Below are positions 10,412 through 30,677 of a stretch of 64,000 nt of DNA, piece by piece. The stretch is from Escherichia coli. Its GTDB lineage: Bacteria > Pseudomonadota > Gammaproteobacteria > Enterobacterales > Enterobacteriaceae. The DNA is taken from the NCBI RefSeq assembly GCF_046105845.1, contig NZ_CP151004.1. One strand, written 5' to 3'. Below the pieces are notes generated by a model. The model saw nothing but the letters and a program-made list of their open reading frames with translations, did not search any database and was not told the origin of the DNA. The stretch's first letter is position 1. Every line of letters starts with the position of its first letter. Both the position numbers and the translations under genes were made by a program.

Positions 10412-10982
10412 GGCAGTACTTATGCATAGTAATGCCGATCTGTTATGAACGGTAGTGTCATCAATGCTCTGAGGCTGGTCAATCATCACAGAAAACCAGC
10501 CTTTGGATCAAAGCAGTACTCACCGAAAATGCTCATAGTCACACCGAACGCGATTCAGGTGGAACTAAAACATTCACCATCATAAATAAGACAGCCTGAA
10601 CTTAAATCCCCGTTAACAGGCATACATTATAATGAGTGGTACTGATGTAATTTGTAATATTGAAATATGAACTGATATTGTTTGTTCGTCCTGACATATC
10701 TTCCTCCTTGATGTAATTAGCTAAACATTAACGTAATTTGACTGCATAGCAACAATGATAGCTATCAATAATAGCTCATGTACTTCGTTTCCCGCTGGCG
10801 TGGAACAGGTGGTTATACCATGTGTGAAAGCGTTTATTAAAAAAGAAAGGAGGCTCGACTATCTTCAGACTAACAGGGATGTATGGGAAAATGCAGGTAT
10901 ATTAATGGAGCGTTTGACAGCAAACGAATGTAAAAGTAGAGCGCCCCGAATGGAGCACTCTGTAAGAAAATATAGCGAAAAA

Positions 10983-19595
<8,613 letters not shown>

Positions 19596-19907
19596 GCTTA
19601 CCTTCCCTGAACGAGCTAACATAAATGCGCCCTTTCTAGCACAGCGAAAAAATGTAAATCCTGATAGCAATATGATTGAAAATTAATAAATTTTCGTTAA
19701 GCAGTTTTGGGTGTGGGTTGCAAGAGGGGAGACTACTGAATTACTCAAGTTTTGTAATCGAGGGGAAAATGGTGATGGCGTTCATAGCAAAACGCCCTCA
19801 ACCATAAAGGTCGAGGGCGCTTAAGATGTCAAAAACCCGCTATCCGTTAAAAAGCAATGCTCAACTAAGGTCAGTGACATTGCGCTAAAAAGCGAATTTT
19901 TAGAATT

Positions 19908-19983
19908 TGGCTCCTCTGACTGGACTCGAACCAGTGACATACGGATTAACAGTCCGCCGTTCTACCGACTGAACTACAGAGGA
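19908..19983 (-). tRNA. asnT: tRNA-Asn (GUU)
   Basis: Exact reverse complement of the 76-nt tRNA-Asn; about 24 nt of its 5' flank are identical to the asnV 5' flank. Confidence 0.93.
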
Positions 19984-20083
19984 ATCGTGTGAACGGGGCG
20001 CATATTACTTAGCGGTACCTTGTCTGTCAACACTAAATTTCATAAGTCATTTCAATTGGTTAATTAATCCGCAAAGTTGTTAA

Positions 20084-20881
20084 TTAATGAACATTCGTCG
20101 CCGAAAACGAGTCTGTATCATTAGCGTGATGCAGTCTCTGCAAAGGATCTTGTTGATAAAATTGGCAGAAACGTTGCCACAATGAAGGGAAACGAGGAGC
20201 AAAAAGTTCTGGGGCGCTAAAGAAATATTCAGAAAGTACGGCAAAACATTCAGCAGGATCACTGGCAGCATAAGCATCGATGCTCGCCGCATTCTCGCCA
20301 ACTAATTCGATTTCTTCCTGAATATTGTTCATTGCAGCATGAAGATCGTGTTCCCAGCCAGCAACCTCACGCAACGGAATAAAGGGAACTCCGCTGGCGC
20401 GATCGCCATTACGGGTGTCCAGCTTATGAGCGACTTCATGAATAATCAGGTTAAAACCAGAAGCATCAAAAGAATCTTGTATATCCAACCAGTTCAAAAC
20501 GATAGGCCCTTGCTGCCAGCTCTGACCTGACTGAACAATACGTTGGTTATGCACCAAACCGATATCGTCTTCCCATTCGTCATCGACCACAAATGGCGCA
20601 GGATAAATTAAGACTTCATGAAAACCATCCAGCCATTCCAGTCCTAACTCCAGAACGGGAAGGCAAAATAGAAGTGCTATCCGGCAGCTTCTTAATGAAT
20701 CCAGTTCAAAGCCCTGTAAAGGAACAAGCCGCTTTTGCTGTAAAAAACGTTCGGCAAGAGTGACTAATTTGCTTTGTTCCTGTTCCGTCAGACACGTTAA
20801 AAGGGGGATCGATAGTGCTTCCTGCCAGGGCAGGGCAGTTTGATGTGCTGATTCTTGTACTTTCCAGGGCCACTTAATCAT
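20084..20881 (-). CDS. mtfA: Mlc titration factor A (zinc-dependent peptidase-like), 265 aa
   Basis: ORF 20084..20920 recognised as MtfA; start placed at [19 protein letters not shown] zinc-binding motif present. Confidence 0.85.
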   Translation of the reverse strand: MIKWPWKVQESAHQTALPWQEALSIPLLTCLTEQEQSKLVTLAERFLQQKRLVPLQGFELDSLRSCRIALLFCLPVLELGLEWLDGFHEVLIYPAPFVVDDEWEDDIGLVHNQRIVQSGQSWQQGPIVLNWLDIQDSFDASGFNLIIHEVAHKLDTRNGDRASGVPFIPLREVAGWEHDLHAAMNNIQEEIELVGENAASIDAYAASDPAECFAVLSEYFFSAPELFAPRFPSLWQRFCQFYQQDPLQRLHHANDTDSFSATNVH

Positions 20882-20974
20882 CGTTTTGCTCGCAAACTCG
20901 TCACTTGAACAAAATTGCACGGACAGGGACTGTTAAAATGCCAAATTTCCTGGCATCATGGCAACCATCTGAAC

Positions 20975-21064
20975 GGAGAGATGCCGGAGCGGCTGAACGG
21001 ACCGGTCTCGAAAACCGGAGTAGGGGCAACTCTACCGGGGGTTCAAATCCCCCTCTCTCCGCCA
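20975..21064 (+). tRNA. serU: tRNA-Ser (CGA)
   Basis: 90-nt sequence ggagagatgccggagcggctgaacgg...ctctctccgcca with long variable arm, CGA anticodon and CCA end; divergent from mtfA. Confidence 0.9.
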
Positions 21065-21732
21065 CTTTATCAATGACTTATCTCCCGACTTCCCGCCTTG
21101 CTTTTCCTAAACAGAACAATCGTAGAATATTCTTGAAGGGTTAGATCGTCACTGTTTTCTGTTCGATACTGTGACATTCAGCACTTGATTCGCTATGGAT
21201 CTGACAGGAAGGTTTCGAGCGAAAATGTGCAGTTATTCAGTCGTTTTCTTATCGGTCACCATTATTCTTTTAGACATTGATCCTACAAAGCTGCCGCAAA
21301 GTTGGTGGTGGGAACTGAAGTTGCGTAGAGAAGGGGTCAATAATTGAGCAAAAAAAGGAACGCGGCCGTCAGATTAAAGCCGCGGGACAAAGTCCATAAT
21401 TTCCAAGAGTTGTTGAATTTCCCAGCTTTTTTGAAAGCCTTTGTATCATACTAACAAGTAAAAAAGGTTTAAATACCAAAATTAACCTATATTTCTGGTT
21501 AGCTTTACCATGACAGATGACTTGCTCCTGGAGACATTGGCGCAGCCAGTCTGTATTGGTGAGTTGTGTATTTATTGTTCGCCGTTTTCTCAGTTTTTTC
21601 TACAGACATAATAAAAAAGACACGTCTCAAGCATGAGCGTGTCTGAGTTTGTCTTATTTATTTGTCTTGGTAAATTATTGTCGTTACTACCAGGCACTGT
21701 TCTGTTAAATAATTGAAGTCAGCGCAAAAAAA

Positions 21733-22383
21733 TCAATGAGACATCATCTCCTCGACCACTTCTTCGCTACTCAACTGATATGGATAATACGTTGGCCAGT
21801 TTTCCATTTCATTTAATAAAGATTGCTGTGAATCATTACCCATAAAAATGTGAAAATGAGATGATTTTCGTGGTGCAATTATATGATCGCTAAATTGAAT
21901 ATATTTAGGGGCTTTGCTTTCAGGATCTTTACATTCGAATAAGTAACGAACGCCTTTCTTGCCTGATTTATAGGTGAGTATTTTGTATCCATCGTAATCA
22001 TATTTACAGGATGTTGTTTCATTATTTCTATGGAATTCAACAATGCCGTCCTCAATGCCAATCATCTCGATATCTGTCACATAACCTTTGCGATAATAAT
22101 CTTTAATTTCAGCAAATGTTTTGGTTTTATCTGCATCCGCTTTCTTCTGAAAGACGGGGTCAAGTTTGCCACTTTGCAGTAAAGGATAAACGGATTGCCA
22201 GACTCCATCCCAGTCACTGAGCGTTCGGTTTTGTACATTGGCATCATCAAAAACACCATTAGCAGCTTTTTGTTCGACCTCTGTTAAGGGTTTGCCGTGT
22301 GAGTGATGACCATGCGAAAAGGCAGGAGCGCTAACAATAAAGACACCTAAAGCAACAGCCAGTTTATGAAGACGAATCGCCAA
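21733..22383 (-). CDS. zinT: Periplasmic zinc/cadmium-binding protein ZinT (216 aa)
   Basis: Signal peptide followed by HGHHSHG His-rich motif; recognised as ZinT (YodA). Confidence 0.9.
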   Translation of the reverse strand: MAIRLHKLAVALGVFIVSAPAFSHGHHSHGKPLTEVEQKAANGVFDDANVQNRTLSDWDGVWQSVYPLLQSGKLDPVFQKKADADKTKTFAEIKDYYRKGYVTDIEMIGIEDGIVEFHRNNETTSCKYDYDGYKILTYKSGKKGVRYLFECKDPESKAPKYIQFSDHIIAPRKSSHFHIFMGNDSQQSLLNEMENWPTYYPYQLSSEEVVEEMMSH

Positions 22384-22416
22384 AACAGTTTCCTCCAGAG
22401 TTAATGTATATGATGT

Positions 22417-22438
22417 GTAATGTTATATTGTAACATAT
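22417..22438. promoter_or_regulatory. Zur-box-like palindrome upstream of zinT
   Basis: gtaatgttatattgtaacatat lies 35-55 bp upstream of the zinT start and matches the AT-rich Zur operator palindrome; zinT is a known Zur target. Confidence 0.55.
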
Positions 22439-22572
22439 AACAAAATGCAACAACTCTTAGGAGACAAGAGAATAGTTCTCTCAGGTGTGCTTATCTATCT
22501 TATTGAAATAAAATAAATTATGTCGATGATTTGAGGTTGATGACAAACGAAACATAACTTGATGTGATCTGC

Positions 22573-22607
22573 GTAGGCCGGATAGGGCGCTCGCGCCGCA
22601 TCCGGCA
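22573..22607. repeat. REP (repetitive extragenic palindromic) element
   Basis: gtaggccggatagggcgctcgcgccgcatccggca in the msrQ-zinT intergenic region has the typical REP palindrome. Confidence 0.5.
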
Positions 22608-22639
22608 GGGATAACGCGTACTTTGTCGGCAATATGAAG

Positions 22640-23275
22640 TTATACAGATAATTTGTTGTGAACCTGCTTGCGTAACCGGTTAAAAAGGGAACGCAACTTC
22701 TTATACCGTAAGGCTAAAAGCAGTACAGCCAGCCCAGCGTAGATGAGCGGCTGCGGTGAAATAATCTTCACTGACCACAGATAATGTATTGGGGCCAGGA
22801 TCGCGACAAGATAGACGAAATTATGCAACTGTTGCCAGTGCTTGCCGAGTTTTCGCTGCATCGCCTGGGTTGAAGTAAACGCTAAAGCAAGCAAAATAAC
22901 CCAGCTGATAATTCCTAACGTTAAATAAGGCCGGGTAATTAACTCCTTGCCTAATAACGCCAGATTATTCACGCCCAGCTCCAGTAATGCGTAACTGGTT
23001 AAATGCAGTGTCGCCCAGGCAAAGCACCATAAGCCTAACAGGCGGCGAGTGCGTATCAATAACGGCTGTTTTGCGTAGCGTGCCAGAGGTGTGATTAACA
23101 AGGTCGCCAGCAAAAATTTCAGTGCAGTGCGGCCAGTAAAATGCTGAATATCTTTCACCGGATCGGCACCCAATCCACCGTGATTAATCGCCCAGACCAG
23201 CCAGAGAAACGGCAACAATCCGGCAAGATGCAGGCAAACTTTCAGCCATGTCACCTGTTTTGCTGTCAGACGCAT
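22640..23275 (-). CDS. msrQ: Methionine sulfoxide reductase haem-binding membrane subunit MsrQ (211 aa)
   Basis: 211-aa multi-pass membrane ORF immediately downstream of msrP; recognised as YedZ/MsrQ. Confidence 0.88.
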   Translation of the reverse strand: MRLTAKQVTWLKVCLHLAGLLPFLWLVWAINHGGLGADPVKDIQHFTGRTALKFLLATLLITPLARYAKQPLLIRTRRLLGLWCFAWATLHLTSYALLELGVNNLALLGKELITRPYLTLGIISWVILLALAFTSTQAMQRKLGKHWQQLHNFVYLVAILAPIHYLWSVKIISPQPLIYAGLAVLLLALRYKKLRSLFNRLRKQVHNKLSV

Positions 23276-24286
<1,011 letters not shown>

Positions 24287-24388
24287 TCACACTTTTTTGT
24301 CGTTAGCCAGCAAGAGCCGTTTACTGTTAATCTGTCAGGGAGTGTCCTCCCTAACAGTAGCAGAGATCTGCTTTTACATATTTATGCA

Positions 24389-24802
24389 TTAACTGCCACG
24401 ATAGGTTGAATACCCATATTGGCTAAGTAATAAAGGCACATGATAATGCTCGTTCACTTTATTAATATGAAATTCAACGGGGATCTCAGGGAAGAAACTT
24501 TCAAGATTTTGTTTCTTGAAATAGTCCCCGGTTTTAAATACGACACGGTAATCGCCAGTAGTAGCAGTTTGCTCGGGCCACAGTGCCTTAATTCGTCCAT
24601 CCTTATCTGTTTTGGCGGTATTAAGTTGTAACCAGCCGTTGTCCGCTTTCTTTTCAAGAGTGACTGTCACGTCGGCAGCGGGTTTTCCTGTTTGCTGGTT
24701 CAAAATGTGCACGCTAAGAATGTTTTGTTGTGCAGCATAGACCAAAGAAGGTAATGAAAATGCAGCCGTTACTACGGAGAGAACTAAATAACGCTTTAAC
24801 AT
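24389..24802 (-). CDS. hiuH: 5-hydroxyisourate hydrolase (transthyretin-like periplasmic protein), 137 aa
   Basis: Signal peptide plus transthyretin-family C-terminal YRGS motif; position between msrP and hprR. Confidence 0.85.
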   Translation of the reverse strand: MLKRYLVLSVVTAAFSLPSLVYAAQQNILSVHILNQQTGKPAADVTVTLEKKADNGWLQLNTAKTDKDGRIKALWPEQTATTGDYRVVFKTGDYFKKQNLESFFPEIPVEFHINKVNEHYHVPLLLSQYGYSTYRGS

Positions 24803-24934
24803 GTTTATATCCTTGTCATGTGAATGAGTTTTGAGGATAGCGAAAAAACGTCCAGGGTAACCTTACAGCAGCATTACAATTTTGTAATGAACCAGGCTGT
24901 TTCTATAACATATGATTTATGGCATATTATTTTC

Positions 24935-25606
24935 ATGAAGATTCTACTTATTGAAGATAATCAAAGGACCCAGGAATGGGTAACGCAGGGGCTTTCCGAA
25001 GCGGGTTATGTCATTGATGCCGTTTCTGATGGCAGAGATGGGCTTTATCTTGCGCTGAAGGATGATTATGCATTGATCATTCTGGATATTATGCTTCCGG
25101 GTATGGATGGCTGGCAGATCTTACAAACGTTAAGAACAGCAAAGCAAACCCCTGTTATTTGCCTTACTGCAAGAGATTCTGTCGATGACAGAGTCAGAGG
25201 GCTGGACAGTGGAGCAAATGATTATCTGGTAAAACCTTTTTCATTTTCTGAGTTGCTGGCAAGGGTTCGGGCACAATTAAGGCAACATCACGCTTTGAAT
25301 TCAACATTAGAAATCAGCGGCTTAAGAATGGACTCTGTTAGTCAAAGTGTGAGCAGGGACAATATCAATATTACACTGACGCGCAAGGAGTTTCAGTTAC
25401 TTTGGCTACTGGCCTCCAGAGCTGGCGAAATTATACCCAGAACGGTTATTGCGAGTGAAATTTGGGGAATCAACTTTGATAGTGATACCAATACGGTGGA
25501 TGTCGCCATTCGCAGGCTCCGCGCAAAAGTTGATGATCCTTTTCCTGAAAAGCTAATCGCCACAATCCGGGGGATGGGCTATTCATTCGTAGCGGTAAAA
25601 AAATAA
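24935..25606 (+). CDS. hprR: OmpR-family two-component response regulator HprR (223 aa)
   Basis: ORF 24824..25606; start placed at MKILLIEDN; receiver domain followed by winged-helix domain. Confidence 0.85.
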   Translation: MKILLIEDNQRTQEWVTQGLSEAGYVIDAVSDGRDGLYLALKDDYALIILDIMLPGMDGWQILQTLRTAKQTPVICLTARDSVDDRVRGLDSGANDYLVKPFSFSELLARVRAQLRQHHALNSTLEISGLRMDSVSQSVSRDNINITLTRKEFQLLWLLASRAGEIIPRTVIASEIWGINFDSDTNTVDVAIRRLRAKVDDPFPEKLIATIRGMGYSFVAVKK

Positions 25607-26964
25607 TGAAAAGATTATCTATAACCGTCCGTTTAACCTTGCTTTTTATATTGCTGCTGTCTGTTGCTGGCGCTGGAATTGTATGGACTCTCTATAATGG
25701 CCTGGCAAGTGAGTTGAAATGGCGCGATGATACAACACTCATTAACCGGACAGCGCAGATCAAGCAGTTGTTAATTGATGGGGTAAATCCAGATACGTTA
25801 CCTGTGTACTTTAACCGGATGATGGATGTTAGTCAGGATATCTTGATCATTCATGGTGATAGCATCAACAAGATTGTTAACCGGACGAATGTCAGTGATG
25901 ACATGTTAAATAACATACCTGCTACTGAGACAATCAGCGCAGCTGGCATTTACAGAAGCATTATTAATGACACAGAGATAGATGCTTTACGAATTAATAT
26001 TGATGAAGTTTCGCCATCATTAACGGTTACTGTGGCTAAATTGGCTTCAGCCAGATATAACATGCTTGAACAGTATAAAATTAATAGCATTATAATTTGC
26101 ATTGTCGCCATTATACTGTGCTCAGTATTAAGTCCGTTGTTAATCAGAACGGGGTTACGAGAGATCAAAAAGTTGAGTGGTGTAACGGAAGCGCTGAATT
26201 ATAACGATAGCCGAGAACCTGTTGAGATTAGTGCATTACCGAGAGAACTAAAACCTCTTGGGCAGGCGTTGAATAAAATGCACCAAGCCTTAGTCAAAGA
26301 TTTTGAACGCCTAAGTCAATTTGCTGACGATCTCGCTCATGAACTTAGAACGCCAATTAATGCATTACTGGGTCAGAATCAGGTTACGCTCAGTCAAACC
26401 AGAAGTATCGCTGAATATCAAAAAACAATTGCCGGAAACATTGAAGAGCTGGAAAATATTTCGCGGTTAACAGAGAACATACTGTTTCTTGCCAGGGCAG
26501 ATAAAAACAATGTTTTGGTGAAATTGGATTCGCTTTCTCTCAATAAGGAAGTTGAAAATCTTTTGGACTATCTTGAATATCTTTCAGACGAGAAAGAGAT
26601 TCGTTTTAAGGTGGAGTGCAATCAGCAAATTTTTGCGGATAAAATTTTACTGCAACGAATGTTATCGAATCTTATTGTTAACGCCATTCGATATTCGCCA
26701 GAAAAATCGCGTATTCATATAACCAGTTTTCTTGATACCAACGGCTCTCTTAATATTGATATCGCCAGCCCTGGAACGAAAATTCATGAGCCTGAAAAAC
26801 TCTTCCGGAGATTTTGGCGGGGAGATAATTCGCGTCATTCCGTAGGTCAGGGACTTGGTCTTTCTTTAGTCAAAGCGATTGCCGAATTGCATGGGGGAAG
26901 TGCTACGTATCACTATCTCAATAAGCATAATGTATTCCGGATTACGTTACCGCAAAGAAATTAA
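25606..26964 (+). CDS. hprS: Two-component sensor histidine kinase HprS (452 aa)
   Basis: Two TM segments, H-box (LAHELRTPINAL) and HATPase region; start overlaps the hprR stop. Confidence 0.85.
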   Translation: MKRLSITVRLTLLFILLLSVAGAGIVWTLYNGLASELKWRDDTTLINRTAQIKQLLIDGVNPDTLPVYFNRMMDVSQDILIIHGDSINKIVNRTNVSDDMLNNIPATETISAAGIYRSIINDTEIDALRINIDEVSPSLTVTVAKLASARYNMLEQYKINSIIICIVAIILCSVLSPLLIRTGLREIKKLSGVTEALNYNDSREPVEISALPRELKPLGQALNKMHQALVKDFERLSQFADDLAHELRTPINALLGQNQVTLSQTRSIAEYQKTIAGNIEELENISRLTENILFLARADKNNVLVKLDSLSLNKEVENLLDYLEYLSDEKEIRFKVECNQQIFADKILLQRMLSNLIVNAIRYSPEKSRIHITSFLDTNGSLNIDIASPGTKIHEPEKLFRRFWRGDNSRHSVGQGLGLSLVKAIAELHGGSATYHYLNKHNVFRITLPQRN

Positions 26965-27071
26965 CATAGGGCTTCAGTACGCCATAAATTAACCGTGAAA
27001 ACACGCAGCCACGTCGTGAGTACTAACGCGGCTGCGATTGATTATGCGCTTACATTCAAACGTAACAGGGA

Positions 27072-27923
27072 TTAACCCGCGTAAGCTGCCAGCATTTCCT
27101 GCGCCGCCAGTTTACCCAACGCATTCGCTGCGAAAGGACTGTCGCCGGTGAGAACTTTACGGTCCTTATGTACTCGCCCGGTGATGTCGTCATTAATGAT
27201 GTTCATGCCCATTTTCTTCAGCTCTTCGCCGAAGTACCAGGTGAGATGACCCGGCATATAGCCTATCTCTGGCGTTTGTTTGTCTGCGGCGTCTGGGAAT
27301 GCGCAAATGGAATAACCATTCAGTGGGTTATCGCCGTGGCGAAGCGCCAGAAATGCCGCCGGGCCGTGGCAAAGGGAGATAACAAAACGGTCATTTTTGA
27401 TTGCCCACTGTAAAGCGGCAGCCACGTCCTGGCTTTCTGGTAAACCAATAAGTGCGCCATGACCACCAGGAACAAAGATTGCTGCATATTCGCTGTCAGC
27501 GTTGAGGCTGGCGACAACATCCGCGAGTTTCTTCGGATTGCGGAACAACGATTTATGCTGCTCAAAGAATGGCATTACTTTTTCATCTTTGTGTGGCATA
27601 GCCCAGTATTCAAACTTGGTCATCAGACCGGAAATGGTCGCCACTTCGAATTCGAAACCTGCAGCATGGAGATGATACAACGGCAGCAACGTTTCAATCG
27701 GATGGTTACCGGTCGAGAACAGTTTCCCGTTATCGGTCGGCAAATAACGTTCGTCCGCGGCGATCACCAGAATTTTATGTTTACCGCGATACGGTTTTGG
27801 ATAGTCCACGCCATCAAGATCAGAGACAGGACTGGTATATTGGCTAAGCGAATATTCTGAAGGGAAGAATGCATTATCTTCAGCAATATCGACCTGCGGA
27901 TTTTTACTTGTTTGAACAGTCAT
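27072..27923 (-). CDS. hchA: Hsp31 glyoxalase / protein deglycase (DJ-1/PfpI superfamily), 283 aa
   Basis: Protein MTVQTSKNPQVDIAEDNAFFPSEYSLSQYTSP recognised as HchA. Confidence 0.9.
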   Translation of the reverse strand: MTVQTSKNPQVDIAEDNAFFPSEYSLSQYTSPVSDLDGVDYPKPYRGKHKILVIAADERYLPTDNGKLFSTGNHPIETLLPLYHLHAAGFEFEVATISGLMTKFEYWAMPHKDEKVMPFFEQHKSLFRNPKKLADVVASLNADSEYAAIFVPGGHGALIGLPESQDVAAALQWAIKNDRFVISLCHGPAAFLALRHGDNPLNGYSICAFPDAADKQTPEIGYMPGHLTWYFGEELKKMGMNIINDDITGRVHKDRKVLTGDSPFAANALGKLAAQEMLAAYAG

Positions 27924-28436
27924 AGTGTATTCCTTATTGTTGCTTAGTTAGGGTAGTCACTATATTTGCGACTGAGCTGGTCGCTATTTTTAACCAGTCT
28001 GGAAAATTGAGTCAATATATCGAAAGCGGTAGTCGGCGGGTGTAAGTATGTAATGATGATGCTGCACTGGTGTTGAATATTATTCACGCCAAATTTTCCT
28101 TATTGAACAACGTCGTCGCAAGTGGCCTCAATGATTTTAGACCATTATCAGAGGTCCGGGGCGGCAGGGAGAGATTTAGTGCTGTGGAATATTGTGGTGC
28201 TGATGAATATTTATATCGCGGATTGGTAGAGAAAAAGCTTTTTTCATGCACTATTTTTGCAAATATTCCTATATGGACGGCGGTTTTGTTGCGGATTAAT
28301 TCATAAAGAAATGCATTTGGGTGTTGGCTGGAAGAGACGCTGGTAGATTTTATTGAGCCAGGGGGGCGGGGTAAGGTGCTGTATCGATATGCTTTGGCAA
28401 TTGCGTGTGCCGCAGATGGAGATGAAATGCCAATAA

Positions 28437-28475
28437 AAAAGCCTGAGTTCGATGAGGGACGAACTCAGGCTGGTG
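28437..28475 (-). terminator. Rho-independent terminator of yedS
   Basis: Perfect 11-bp inverted repeat gcctgagttcg/cgaactcaggc; on the minus strand it is followed by a T-run just after the yedS stop. Confidence 0.65.
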
Positions 28476-28513
28476 TTAAGTTTTACAGTAACACGCCGCG
28501 GCGCGTTGGCTGA

Positions 28514-29707
28514 TTAGAACTGGTAGACTAAGCCCACAGCAACGATATCATCGGTAGCGATGCCGTTAGCTTCGTAGAAGTCGTCGTCGTTGTCCAGCAG
28601 GTTGATTTTGTAATCAACATAGGTGGACATATTTTTGTTGAAGTAGTAGGTCGCACCGACTTCAACGTATTTAACCAGATCTTTATTGGTGTAACGCGGA
28701 TCGCCATTACCGTCATGAGCCCAACCGCCTAAATCCTTCCCTTTAGATTGCAGGTAAGCGATGGACGGGCGCAGGCCGAAGTCGAACTGATACTGAGCAA
28801 CAACTTCAAAGTTTTGGGTTTTGTTCGCAATACCACCTCTGTCAATGTCGTTATTGTCTTTTCCGCTGCCATATGCAGTCATATTACGTGTTTCTGCATA
28901 CATTGCCGCTAAATAGACATTATTCGCATCATATTTAGCACCGACTGTCCATGCTTCAGCTGTTTCACCACCAGCATATTTATTCGAGCGTTGCTCACCT
29001 AAACCAGTAGCACGTTGGTTATCAGTACGGTCAGAGTTTGAATATGCAGCCCCGAGGCTTAACCCGAAGTCAAAGTCATAGGAAGTGGACATACCGAAAC
29101 CGTCACCATTTTCTTTAGACAGTTTACGATTATTACCATTACCAGAACCTTCTTGATCCCAAAGCCCACCCGATCCTTCATTATTACCCTGATATTGCAG
29201 AGCAAAGTTCAGGCCATCGACCTGACCAAAGAAGCCATTGTTACGGTAGGTTGCAACACCATTAGCACGACCGTTCAGGAAGTTGTCGGCACCAGCATAG
29301 GTATCGCCACCAAATTCTGGCAGCATATCGGTCCATGCTTCGATGTCATATACGACACCGTAGTTACGACCATAGTCGAAAGTACCATTCTGACCAAAGC
29401 CTAAACCTGCAAATGCCAGACGCGTTGCGGTATTACCTTTGTCGCTTTCAGGACCGTTTGCGCCAATGTTAAATTCCCACTGACCATAACCAGTGAATTG
29501 GTCAGCGATCTGAGTTTCACCTTTGAAACCGATACGGGCATATGACATGTCGCCATCGCTGCCAGCATCATCAGAGAAGTAGTGCAGGCCCGCTACTTTT
29601 CCGTACAAATCCAGTTTATTACCATCTTTATTATAGACTTCAGCCGCATTTGCTGCGCCAGCAACTAATAACGCCGGGACCAGCATTGCCAGAACTTTTC
29701 TTTTCAT
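28514..29707 (-). CDS. yedS: OmpC/OmpF-family general porin YedS, apparently intact (about 397 aa); I recall it as a split pseudogene in K-12
   Basis: ORF 28514..29737; start placed at [21 protein letters not shown] (signal peptide); aromatic-rich beta-strand composition ending in a terminal F typical of porins. Confidence 0.8.
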   Translation of the reverse strand: MKRKVLAMLVPALLVAGAANAAEVYNKDGNKLDLYGKVAGLHYFSDDAGSDGDMSYARIGFKGETQIADQFTGYGQWEFNIGANGPESDKGNTATRLAFAGLGFGQNGTFDYGRNYGVVYDIEAWTDMLPEFGGDTYAGADNFLNGRANGVATYRNNGFFGQVDGLNFALQYQGNNEGSGGLWDQEGSGNGNNRKLSKENGDGFGMSTSYDFDFGLSLGAAYSNSDRTDNQRATGLGEQRSNKYAGGETAEAWTVGAKYDANNVYLAAMYAETRNMTAYGSGKDNNDIDRGGIANKTQNFEVVAQYQFDFGLRPSIAYLQSKGKDLGGWAHDGNGDPRYTNKDLVKYVEVGATYYFNKNMSTYVDYKINLLDNDDDFYEANGIATDDIVAVGLVYQF

Positions 29708-30018
29708 TATGTATTCCCTTGTGATTATAATCTTCATGAATATATCAATAAGTGCCGTTATCCAAAAAAAAGCACATTTGGATACTATTCTATGAAGTTC
29801 ATTTTATTTTAAAGATTACATGTAACAAATGTATTTAAAAGATTTCAAAATGTTTCTAATCTATTTAATATAATTCAAAATTATGAATTCTAAATATAAA
29901 TATTCATGAAAATTATAAATGTATATCAATATGTTATGAGTTGAGCGGAAACATAGGAGGTATCAATGATTGTTGCGCCAAACGGCTGGTGTGATCACGC
30001 GCACATTAATGAAGACAT

Positions 30019-30110
30019 AAAAAAAGCCGGCATCATGCCGGCCCAAAAAATATAAACAAGACGATAAAAGGCTAATAACGGAGGCATCATGACACAGAAT
30101 AATAAAAAGG
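30019..30110 (-). ncRNA. rseX: Candidate small RNA, probably RseX, ending in a strong intrinsic terminator
   Basis: Minus-strand hairpin gccggcatgatgccggc followed by seven T's with no protein gene upstream on that strand; I recall RseX mapping to the yedR-yedS intergenic region; 5' end approximate. Confidence 0.4.
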
Positions 30111-30272
30111 TATAATTGTAATCAGTGCTAATATATTGATTGAATGAATTAATAAAGCCGATATCAAAGATAAATAAAATCGCTCAAAACGATTTATCCT
30201 GTACTCACTGCCGTTGCGCAAAAATTATCTATTTGTTCAAAAAATGATTGAGTCTTGACTGGCTCATCCAAT

Positions 30273-30638
30273 GTGGAAAAATGTGACTTTTATCACATAA
30301 TAGTACTAAGTCTGAATTTTCCGGGTTATCTCAAAATGGAATACGGTTCGACAAAGATGGAAGAGAGACTCTCTCGCAGCCCTGGTGGCAAATTGGCTTT
30401 GTGGGCTTTCTATACATGGTGTGGCTATTTCGTCTGGGCAATGGCGCGTTACATCTGGGTGATGAGCCGGATCCCCGATGCCCCCGTGTCGGGATTTGAA
30501 AGCGATTTAGGCTCTACCGCGGGAAAGTGGTTAGGGGCACTGGTCGGCTTTTTATTTATGGCTCTGGTCGGGGCATTGTTAGGCAGCATTGCCTGGTACA
30601 CCCGACCTCGTCCCGCACGTAGCAGACGCTATGAATAA
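30273..30638 (+). CDS. yedR: Small inner-membrane protein YedR (121 aa if the GTG start is used)
   Basis: ORF 30255..30638 with two hydrophobic segments; start codon uncertain (TTG 30255, GTG 30273 or ATG 30336). Confidence 0.65.
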   Translation: MEKCDFYHIIVLSLNFPGYLKMEYGSTKMEERLSRSPGGKLALWAFYTWCGYFVWAMARYIWVMSRIPDAPVSGFESDLGSTAGKWLGALVGFLFMALVGALLGSIAWYTRPRPARSRRYE

Positions 30639-30677
30639 AAACTGCTAAGGTTGCGACTCTTTGGCAACGGAGCGCGT

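Noticed and set aside
19984-20083. Possible integrase or island junction at asnT and asnW
   Set aside because: asnT is followed directly by mtfA and yeeJ, and asnW by yeeN; no integrase, direct repeat of the tRNA 3' end or foreign block is present, so these sites appear unoccupied.
28070-28306. 78-aa ORF upstream of hchA
   Set aside because: Lies in the hchA promoter / yedS terminator region with no recognisable domain or RBS; treated as spurious.
29966-30055. 29-aa plus-strand mini-ORF (MIVAPNGWCDHAHINEDIKKAGIMPAQKI) with AGGAGG seven nt upstream, plus an 8-aa mini-ORF at 30088..30114
   Set aside because: Not called as a CDS: the segment is better explained as the antisense strand of a minus-strand sRNA (probable RseX) ending in a strong terminator. 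Translation cannot be excluded without data; see the corresponding finding.
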